Shown in pieces: positions 23,333 to 29,724 of a DNA stretch of 29,724 nt. Under the pieces are notes generated by a model. That model was given only the letters and a program-made list of their open reading frames with translations, ran no database searches and had not been told where the DNA came from. A program made the translations under genes and the position numbers. Source of the stretch: a virus; IMG/VR virus record IMGVR_UViG_3300029684_000026, positions 1 through 29,724 of that record; one strand, written 5' to 3'. Within the stretch, counting starts at the first letter, position 1; each line of letters opens with the position of its first letter.

Positions 23333-24121
23333 CTATTCCCGGAGGTTGTAGTTGATCTCACGGTACGATTGCCAATCACACGTGATGATGGTGCCGCATA
23401 GATGGATGCGTGAAACAATGGCCGGGCCGAGGCGATCCTCCAGGGCGGCGGGGCTGTAGTTGGCAATGATGATGGTCGGCTTGCCGTTCTGGTGCCGGTA
23501 GTCAATGAGCCGTTCCAGCGCCGGGCCTGTAAAGTCCGTGTCCTTTACCTCGTGATACTCGTCCAGGACCAGCAGATAAGGCGACTTGTAGCGGGCCATG
23601 ACAGAGGATTCAGAGCCGCCGCCGTTGAACGTCTCCCGCAGGGCCATCGTGTAATCATAGGCCTTGGTATAGAGGACGCGCTTCTTGCGCCGGTACATGA
23701 CGCGGGCAAGAAACGTGCTTAAAACCGTTTTCCCGGTGCCGTAGCGTCCGTTTAGTACAATGATACTCCCAGGAGTCAAAACAAGGCGATAGGCATCACG
23801 GAGGGCCTTCTTCCATGGTTCTCCGGTCACTTCGTCGAGGCAATCAATCGCCCGGCGAGGAAAGCCTCGGTCAACCAGGCCCAGGCGTTCATAGGTTGCC
23901 TTGCGTTCTTCCTCCCGCTGTTTCTCGGCGGCGAGCGCTTCCGCTTCCAGTTCTTCAATGCTTCTTCCGTCATCCGTGGCAAGCGCTGTCATGGATGCCA
24001 AGAGGCTTTCAATGTCGGCACCTTTGAGGGCGTGCCGGGCGTCAATGGGGTCGTCAGTCTGTCCAGAGTTCATCTCTTCGTGATGGTTTAGGTGTTGATT
24101 TTGATGCGGTTCCCGCGGCAT
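23333..24121 (-). CDS. DnaC/IstB-like AAA+ helicase loader
   Basis: Walker A 'GRYGTGKT' and Walker B 'LLVLDEYHE'. Lies downstream of the replication organiser. An alternative ATG is at 24073. Confidence 0.75.
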   Translation of the reverse strand: MPREPHQNQHLNHHEEMNSGQTDDPIDARHALKGADIESLLASMTALATDDGRSIEELEAEALAAEKQREEERKATYERLGLVDRGFPRRAIDCLDEVTGEPWKKALRDAYRLVLTPGSIIVLNGRYGTGKTVLSTFLARVMYRRKKRVLYTKAYDYTMALRETFNGGGSESSVMARYKSPYLLVLDEYHEVKDTDFTGPALERLIDYRHQNGKPTIIIANYSPAALEDRLGPAIVSRIHLCGTIITCDWQSYREINYNLRE

Positions 24122-24809
24122 TGGCGGGCTTTAAGCCAGCTTCGGCCGCGTTGTTGCGGGCCCAGGTGGCGGCGTATTGGCGGGCCAGGGGCCGCCAGTC
24201 CGCCAGGGGGATGCCGTGCTTGTTTTTCCAGCCAACGGCGGCTTGCTCGTTAAAAAACCGTTCGGCGCACCGGGTAAGCTCGTCTCCGAGCGGGTGCAGC
24301 ACTTGAGCGGCCATGAAGCGGTCAATTTCGGACACGTCCTGCGGAAATTGGCAGACTTCGCGCCCGGTTGTAGTTGGTGTAGTAGTATTATCTTCTCTTC
24401 TCTTCTCTGGTAACGGTTTTTGTAACGGTTCGGGCGTTACATCTGTAACGGTTTCATCGTTACGTCCTTTTCGGTGATTCGCAACTCGGCGGTTCGTATT
24501 GGCCCTATTCTTAGCGGTTTGGCCATTATGGCGGTCAAAATTGGGGATTGAAAGGAGTCCATTGCGTCCATTCAACCAGCCGACTTTGACAAGCCCAGCG
24601 GCGAAACCGGGGCAGAATACGAGACGGTCGAGAAACGAATTTGTAACGGTGATAGCGTTACCAGAGACGGATTGTTGATCAGCCCAAATCCAAAGGCGCA
24701 GCAGCTTTCCAACCACGGCATCCTGATCAATGCCGAGCATGTCGGCCAACTTCACCACTTCCGGCTTGTCGGGTGTTGTGTGTTCAACCTTTATCCAGTC
24801 TCCGGCCAT
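24054..24809 (-). CDS. Replication organiser / initiator-like protein
   Basis: The ATG at 24807-24809 gives 'MAGDWIKVEHTTPDKPEV...', typical of phage replisome-organiser N-termini. The gene contains an iteron cluster in its linker region. Confidence 0.5.
   Translation of the reverse strand: MAGDWIKVEHTTPDKPEVVKLADMLGIDQDAVVGKLLRLWIWADQQSVSGNAITVTNSFLDRLVFCPGFAAGLVKVGWLNGRNGLLSIPNFDRHNGQTAKNRANTNRRVANHRKGRNDETVTDVTPEPLQKPLPEKRREDNTTTPTTTGREVCQFPQDVSEIDRFMAAQVLHPLGDELTRCAERFFNEQAAVGWKNKHGIPLADWRPLARQYAATWARNNAAEAGLKPANAAGTASKSTPKPSRRDELWTD
24410..24463. repeat. Iteron cluster, candidate origin of replication
   Basis: Five copies of the GTAACG core fall within 54 bp, three of them as (T/G)GTAACGGTT and two inverted. 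The cluster is flanked by (TCTTC)3TCT at 24391-24408. A further inverted pair lies at 24643-24661. Confidence 0.6.
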
Positions 24810-24814
24810 ATATA

Positions 24815-25345
24815 CTATATCCCCTCCTTCTCTTTTGCTTCTGCGCCAAATGCAGGTGAGAGCTGTATTTTCCTGCCTTGAACAGTATTGATTTTTAGCG
24901 GCTTCTGGATGTACAGGCATGCGGTCAAAAGGCTCCTTTCAGCGGCGTAGTTTGCCTCACGGAAATGTCTGCTGTACCGAACTATCCGAACCCGTCCGCC
25001 AGGGAGGACATACAGTAATCCCCACCGTTCCGGCAGGTCATCTTCTGTGATGATCCCCGGCTCACAGATGTAGTATCGGCAATACCCCATACCCTTTTGA
25101 GGACGGAGGCGGAACGGCTTTTTGAGGTCTGCCAAAAAATCCGCCCGGCTGGTTTTAGCCTCAACGAGGATGCTATACGATCCCTTGAAACCTATAGCGT
25201 CGGGCTGCTCGTCCGTAACGATGCAGTTCGGTTCCGCGATCGCCACCCGGCAACGGGCAGAGCCCATGAGCCAGCGTTCAGCAATTTCGCATAATTCCCG
25301 GTGCGTCCGCGGGATTAAAGATGTTGGTTTACGCGCCATAATCAA
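24815..25345 (-). CDS. PD-(D/E)XK nuclease, MmcB-like
   Basis: 'PDAIGF...SILVEAKTSRADFLADLKK' provides the D...E-x-K motif. TTG at 25345, or ATG at 25339. Confidence 0.4.
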   Translation of the reverse strand: MIMARKPTSLIPRTHRELCEIAERWLMGSARCRVAIAEPNCIVTDEQPDAIGFKGSYSILVEAKTSRADFLADLKKPFRLRPQKGMGYCRYYICEPGIITEDDLPERWGLLYVLPGGRVRIVRYSRHFREANYAAERSLLTACLYIQKPLKINTVQGRKIQLSPAFGAEAKEKEGI

Positions 25346-26127
25346 AAAAGCGTCAGTTGGGGGTTGTAGTTAATCCACAGGCATTCCACACGTGGACTGC
25401 TCATGTTGGAAATGGTCTTGATGGAGTCCTTGTGCCAGCCCTGCAGGGCGGAGTTGTAAAGCTCGTTATCATAGCCGGACAACACCACCTTGCCCTGCAG
25501 CGTGACCAGGACGTTGAGCAAGCGCCGGTGATCGTCCTCCGTGTACTCATGGCTGTATCGCCCCGTCCTGGTGCGCGTGGCTGGCATGTAAGGCGGGTCA
25601 ACGTAGTGGAGTGTTTCCGGCCCGTCGTGGGCCTGTAAGACGTCAAGGGCGTCCCGGTTTTCCACGTGGACGTGCTTTAACCGCTGGGTGGCCAGCCGCA
25701 GAGTTTCCGGCAGCCGGTCCCAGTCGGTAGCCGGAGAAGGCACCCTGTTCCGGCTTACGAGTAAGCCGGAACGTCCATCCCTGAAAGAGTCGCTTGCAAT
25801 CCCCATCCAGGAGCGCACTAGCAGACGCCGGGCACGCTCCACGGCATCACCTGCAGGGGCGGAGTCGTTGAGCTCGTCACGGCTGTATGGGGTCAGCATG
25901 ACGGCCTCAAGCAGCCGTCCGGCGTCCTCACTGCGGAGGACGCGGAACAGGTTGACAATCTCGCCGTCTTTGTCATTGCAGATTTCCACCGGCGCCGGGG
26001 CCTTGTTGAGCAAGACACCCAGGCTTCCGCTGTATGGCTCCACATAGCAAGTGTGAGCCGGGAAATGCCGGATAATCCACGGGGCAAGGCGGTTTTTACC
26101 GCCTAAATATCGCAGTACGGCTTTCAT
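25342..26127 (-). CDS. Dam-type (D12 class) N6-adenine DNA methyltransferase
   Basis: 'LRYLGGKNRLAPWI', 'YVEPYSGSLGV' and 'HYVDPPY' match the class motifs. The ATG at 26125-26127 overlaps the upstream stop (ATGA). Confidence 0.85.
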   Translation of the reverse strand: MKAVLRYLGGKNRLAPWIIRHFPAHTCYVEPYSGSLGVLLNKAPAPVEICNDKDGEIVNLFRVLRSEDAGRLLEAVMLTPYSRDELNDSAPAGDAVERARRLLVRSWMGIASDSFRDGRSGLLVSRNRVPSPATDWDRLPETLRLATQRLKHVHVENRDALDVLQAHDGPETLHYVDPPYMPATRTRTGRYSHEYTEDDHRRLLNVLVTLQGKVVLSGYDNELYNSALQGWHKDSIKTISNMSSPRVECLWINYNPQLTLF

Positions 26128-26726
26128 AACCACTTCACAATAGTTTGATTGTTATATCCTTTGACCCAGTGAAACCAAGCGTAGGCAATGGCGCCGCCTT
26201 CGGTTTTGGAAAAATCCCCGTTTTTGGCGCAGGTCCGCCGCTCGCTGAATACCCACACGTCGGAGGGGGGGGCAACGTCGAACAACCGGCGCCGGGCCTT
26301 GCCCTCTAAAAACTGGAGACGCAGAAGCATCCAGACATTGGCTCCATCCTTGACGCAGGCAAGCGCACGCTCGACAAATTCAAGGGCTGTGGCGTAGGGA
26401 GGATTGGTCATAATATCCACGTCTCCTATCTCGCCATCGTCGAACTCCCACAAGAAATCTTGTACGCAGGAATCAGGACATCCACGGTCAACAATGTCGG
26501 TTGCACAGACTTCATGCCCCCGCTCCCGCAGGACATTGACGATATGACCAGCTCCGCAGGCTGGTTCCCATACCCGCTGACGGAGAGGCGCGCCAGCGTT
26601 GAGCAGATCCCGCACCATGTCCGGATCGGTGGCGTAATAGTCTTCCCTCGGCCTTTCACCGGTGGCGAGATAGGATGCTCCCAGCGTAGCGCCAAGCGTC
26701 CTTTTATTCCCTGTCCAGTCCTTCAT
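26124..26726 (-). CDS. Small N6-adenine DNA methyltransferase (NPPY motif)
   Basis: Motif I 'VWEPACGAGH' and motif IV 'MTNPPYA'. 200 aa. Confidence 0.7.
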   Translation of the reverse strand: MKDWTGNKRTLGATLGASYLATGERPREDYYATDPDMVRDLLNAGAPLRQRVWEPACGAGHIVNVLRERGHEVCATDIVDRGCPDSCVQDFLWEFDDGEIGDVDIMTNPPYATALEFVERALACVKDGANVWMLLRLQFLEGKARRRLFDVAPPSDVWVFSERRTCAKNGDFSKTEGGAIAYAWFHWVKGYNNQTIVKWL

Positions 26727-27025
26727 AATGCCTCCTTTCTCGGCTCCCAGTTATTGGGAATTTCGTCGTCAATACCTGTGCAACAAAAACAAGGAGAACC
26801 AAATTTCGTGTCGCGATAAAGGTGCATGCAATTGTTGCAATTTCGCTCCTTTAAAGGCACCCACGCCCTGCACGCGGCCCGCTTCTGCCAGGCTTCACAT
26901 ACATAGTTCTCGTAGAATTCTCTTAAAGTTTCTTCCCGGTATGCAAAGTCCGTCTTAAAGAGCCGAAGAGCCTCACGGGCTTTCCCGTACTCGTAAAAAG
27001 CTTTCTGTTCAGGCGTCAGTTTCAT
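26723..27025 (-). CDS. Cys-rich hypothetical protein
   Basis: The ATG at 27025 gives 'MKLTPEQ'. The C-terminal cluster 'CNNCMHLYRDTKFGSPCFCC' suggests metal binding. Confidence 0.45.
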   Translation of the reverse strand: MKLTPEQKAFYEYGKAREALRLFKTDFAYREETLREFYENYVCEAWQKRAACRAWVPLKERNCNNCMHLYRDTKFGSPCFCCTGIDDEIPNNWEPRKEAL

Positions 27026-27347
27026 TTTCGGCCCCTCCCTTCTGTTCAAGTTCCCACGGATATGTGTCGATTTTACCGTCAACCAAAGTTCGGAATATTA
27101 AGTTTCCTTGTTCTTCGTCGAATCTATCATCTACCGCCGCAAGATCGCCTGTTATCCCATATTCGTTTTCAACAGGATCACCGCCCCCATTATGAAGCAA
27201 ATAATCCAATGGTTCACCGTTTTTATCTTCTGTAATAACATGTAGACCATTATTCCAACCAACGATCGGATAAATACATCCTGCGACAAAACCTCCTGAT
27301 GATACTAAGCAAAGGCATTCTCTATATGTTTTCTTAAATCTATTCAT
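27009..27347 (-). CDS. Hypothetical protein
   Basis: The ATG at 27347 gives 'MNRFKK'. 112 aa, locally AT-richer, no motif recognised. Confidence 0.4.
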   Translation of the reverse strand: MNRFKKTYRECLCLVSSGGFVAGCIYPIVGWNNGLHVITEDKNGEPLDYLLHNGGGDPVENEYGITGDLAAVDDRFDEEQGNLIFRTLVDGKIDTYPWELEQKGGAENETDA

Positions 27348-27348
27348 T

Positions 27349-27690
27349 TCAATTTTCTCCTTCCTGGATTGTTTCGATTTCCCAACCCGTTTTTGTCTGC
27401 TTGGCAGCGATAAAAACAAAGGGGAACTTGTCGGCGGCGGTCTTGATTTTTACCCTGGCGTCGTCGCGCCAGAAGCCTTTCACCTCGTGGAATTCAAGGG
27501 TGCCGTCAGGGCGGACAACCATGAAATCCGGTGTGTATGAGCAGCGGTTCCCCAGGATCAGTTTGACGGCTTCAAACTTGAATTCCCGTATCTCCCCTTT
27601 GTTTTGGAGGTCAGACAGGTAAAAGCCATAGGCGGCTTCCGTTTTGTTCATCACGCCGGGCCGGTGGATAGCTCTTGCCTTCGTTCTCAT
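27349..27690 (-). CDS. Small PD-(D/E)XK nuclease, DUF1064-like (possible junction resolvase)
   Basis: 'SYTPDFMVV..x9..FHEVKG' provides the motif. 113 aa, adjacent to the exonuclease/RecT pair. Confidence 0.5.
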   Translation of the reverse strand: MRTKARAIHRPGVMNKTEAAYGFYLSDLQNKGEIREFKFEAVKLILGNRCSYTPDFMVVRPDGTLEFHEVKGFWRDDARVKIKTAADKFPFVFIAAKQTKTGWEIETIQEGEN

Positions 27691-28376
27691 GCCGCCCTCC
27701 CTTCTGCTGCCGGGCGGATGCGCGGCATAATGAGATCGTATTTATCCCGATATTCCGCTTTAAATTCATCCAAGGCTTCCTTGATTTTGTCCGTGTATTC
27801 ATCCCACTCCACCTTGATGACAAACGGACGCAGGCCCCGGCAGTAGGAAATGAAATACCATGTCCGCAACCCCGTCACGGCCATAGAGCCGTGAACTTGC
27901 TGCCGGTAGTCATCTGGCAGCACGCCGTTGAGCAGGTAAAGAGCATGTGTCTTGGAGAGAGGGCACTTGATTTCCAGTCCGGCAATGTAATCGCCAGACG
28001 CATCAACAATGAGTCCGTCAGGGCTGCACCCAACCGGGCCGTCTTTGCAAAGGACAAACCCCACTTCCTTGACAGTCAGTCCGGTTATTTTTCTGAATTC
28101 GTCCCTGGCTTCCGGTTCCAGTTCTTCTCCCCGGTCCGTGTGGCGGTTTCCTTCCCATTGGATTTCATCAGGACGGAGGAAAGAGCAGCACAATTCAATA
28201 ATCAGGGCGCCCCACGGGCCCCTTTCTTTGTTGTTCTTGGGCTGGGGTTTGCGTCCCGTAGGGGTAAGCAGCCTGTCAAAATTGCTGGCCGTCAGGCGTC
28301 CGGAGCGCAACTTGAACCACGCTTCCGAACGCTGGGGCACGTTCTCGTAAACGGTACAATTCGATGATAGGCTCAT
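27687..28376 (-). CDS. YqaJ-type (lambda Exo-like) recombination exonuclease
   Basis: 'QRSEAWFKLRSGRLTASNF' and 'CSPDGLIV...GLEIKCP' match the YqaJ pattern. Paired with RecT. Confidence 0.8.
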   Translation of the reverse strand: MSLSSNCTVYENVPQRSEAWFKLRSGRLTASNFDRLLTPTGRKPQPKNNKERGPWGALIIELCCSFLRPDEIQWEGNRHTDRGEELEPEARDEFRKITGLTVKEVGFVLCKDGPVGCSPDGLIVDASGDYIAGLEIKCPLSKTHALYLLNGVLPDDYRQQVHGSMAVTGLRTWYFISYCRGLRPFVIKVEWDEYTDKIKEALDEFKAEYRDKYDLIMPRIRPAAEGRAA

Positions 28377-28377
28377 G

Positions 28378-29325
28378 TCAATAGTCCTCCCTGCTGATGG
28401 TTACGGGCTCTTTCGGCGCGGGCATCTTCAGTCCGGGAATAAGGTCATTCTGTCCTTCCGGCTCCGGTTCCGGCAGGGCTTCCGGTTGGTCGTTTTGGAA
28501 TTCTTCAGGTGCTGGCGCGTTGTTCCACGGGGTTTCCCCTTCGGCGGGTCCATCGGTTTTTTCCGGGGTTACATTCCGCATTTCGCTTCCAAATTCCTGT
28601 TCGTCGGAGACGCTCATGGCTTGCTGGATATACAAGGGCAAATCCCATTGCTTGGAGGCGCGCTTGATCACTGTTTTCAAGCCCATTTGTTCAAAATCGG
28701 TTTTCCAGGGTCCTACGATTTCCCCCTTCTTGTTACGGGAGTTGGAGCGGGCCATGATATCATTGACGGCTTTCAGACTCATCCGCTCCCCGTGCAAGTA
28801 GCTATCCTTGTCTGTCCAGATACAGTAAAAACCCCTGATGGGTTTCTTGTCGTCATCCCATCCGGGGGTGTGACCCATGACAAATTTCCCGTCCTCGATA
28901 TTCCAGTAAAACGGCTCTCCCTCACGTGCAATGCCAATGTTGAGGTTGGTGACGCCATTGGAGCGGGCCATACGCATCAGGCCGCGGGCGGAGGGCACCG
29001 GCACGCAGGTTAGCACGGGCTTTCCGGTTGCCTTGTCTTTAGCCCAAAATGGAACAAGATAGCCGTGGATGCCGTCAGGCTCACAACGCATCATCAGCAG
29101 GTTTTTCAGGGATGCAATCAGCGTTACAGGGGCGCATTGCTGAAGGAGTGGGGTTTTCTGGCAGCAGTGCCAGAAGATACTGATACAGCGTTCCGGCGTC
29201 ATCATGCCCTCTACAAGCTGGGCAATGTGGTTCTTCACGTCCTCGGACATCACAATTTCGTAGAGTGTCTTTTTCGGGACTGGCGCCTGGGGCAAATCTA
29301 GTTTATCTGTAGGTGCGTTACTCAT
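28378..29325 (-). CDS. recT: RecT-family single-strand annealing protein
   Basis: 'HGYLVPF', 'ARGLMRMARSNG', 'GFYCIWTDKD' and 'GPWKTDFEQMGLKTVIKRASKQWDLP' match the RecT pattern. Confidence 0.8.
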   Translation of the reverse strand: MSNAPTDKLDLPQAPVPKKTLYEIVMSEDVKNHIAQLVEGMMTPERCISIFWHCCQKTPLLQQCAPVTLIASLKNLLMMRCEPDGIHGYLVPFWAKDKATGKPVLTCVPVPSARGLMRMARSNGVTNLNIGIAREGEPFYWNIEDGKFVMGHTPGWDDDKKPIRGFYCIWTDKDSYLHGERMSLKAVNDIMARSNSRNKKGEIVGPWKTDFEQMGLKTVIKRASKQWDLPLYIQQAMSVSDEQEFGSEMRNVTPEKTDGPAEGETPWNNAPAPEEFQNDQPEALPEPEPEGQNDLIPGLKMPAPKEPVTISREDY

Positions 29326-29351
29326 AATCTTTGCATGGTTCTGTGTAACAA

Positions 29352-29382
29352 GGCCGGGGATCAGTTGGCGCTGACCCCGGCC
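29352..29382 (-). terminator. Stem-loop between the 107-aa ORF and recT
   Basis: GGCCGGGG(A)TCAG - TTGGCG - CTGACCCCGGCC. No clear T-run follows on the minus strand. Confidence 0.3.
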
Positions 29383-29391
29383 AACTGCTAT

Positions 29392-29724
29392 TTAAGCATT
29401 CAGGGATTCGCGGTGCTTGCGGTTCAGTTCGTCGCAAAGCTCCAAGGCTTTCTCTAGGGCCTCTTCTCGTGTCACTTCGCGCCCGTCTCCGAAAGACACG
29501 CAGTGCATTCTCAAGAAAATTTCAGAGCCTTTTTTAAACCACACACCAAATGAATCGTCCTCTTCCTCAACGTAATAAGGCTGTTCTGCCTCAATTTCTT
29601 CAATGGGCTTGACAAGCTCAATGCAGGCAACTGAAAGGTAATTGTTTCGGTTTAGTAAAACGCCATCAGGGAGGCTAACATCCCCTCCCGCAATCTCGTC
29701 TCCACAAAGGGCCACTTGGCCTCC
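29392..29724 (-). CDS. Hypothetical early protein, possibly 5'-truncated by the window edge
   Basis: GTG at 29715, but the frame stays open to the window end. Confidence 0.4.
   Translation of the reverse strand, partial: GGQVALCGDEIAGGDVSLPDGVLLNRNNYLSVACIELVKPIEEIEAEQPYYVEEEDDSFGVWFKKGSEIFLRMHCVSFGDGREVTREEALEKALELCDELNRKHRESLNA

Larger units (their letters stand above)
76..29724. mobile_element. Integrated tailed prophage (siphovirus-like tail gene order, Mu-like head module); right end beyond window
   Basis: Contiguous recombination, replication, packaging, head, neck, fibre, lysis and tail genes, mostly minus strand with ATGA-type overlaps. A tRNA 3'-end fragment at 76-94 abuts an AT-rich arm. 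Confidence 0.85.

Noticed and set aside
27675-29013. Long plus-strand ORFs (27675-28367 and 28375-29013)
   Set aside because: They are antisense to the clearly recognisable YqaJ exonuclease and RecT genes, so they are treated as GC-driven shadow ORFs.

Overview
Almost the whole window is one integrated tailed prophage. Its left end sits at a 19-nt tRNA 3'-end fragment (76-94) next to a host terminator; its right end lies beyond the window. The backbone is GC-rich: a hand count of 5161-5220 gives 42/60 G+C. Nearly every gene is on the minus strand. Read right to left, the order is: RecT, YqaJ-type exonuclease and a small PD-(D/E)XK nuclease; two N6-adenine methyltransferases; an MmcB-like nuclease; a replication organiser carrying an internal iteron cluster (candidate ori); a DnaC-like loader; then a plus-strand three-gene island; then TerS, TerL, portal, Mu gpI-like protease/scaffold, decoration protein and major capsid protein; connector and neck genes; a collagen-repeat fibre; a lysis cassette with an Amidase_3 endolysin; a BACON/Ig-like tail protein; a chaperone-position ORF; a tape-measure-like protein; a GYF-domain membrane protein; a distal tail protein; and a GT-A-like glycosyltransferase next to att. 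Integrase and repressor are not in the window. Five things deserve a second look. (1) The plus-strand, partly AT-rich island (20.7-23.3 kb) encodes a double zinc-ribbon protein, a very acidic 107-aa protein and a 434-aa protein built from seven tandem HTH modules. (2) In at least four late genes (TerS, TerL, capsid, endolysin) recognisable N-terminal sequence lies upstream of the first ATG/GTG/TTG. (3) An in-frame GC-to-AT composition switch inside the tape-measure gene also brings in the GYF membrane protein. (4) A 22-mer one mismatch from the pUC polylinker sits exactly where the terS start should be. (5) Several operator-, iteron- and terminator-like DNA structures are present. All functional calls come from motif recognition by eye; no database search was possible.
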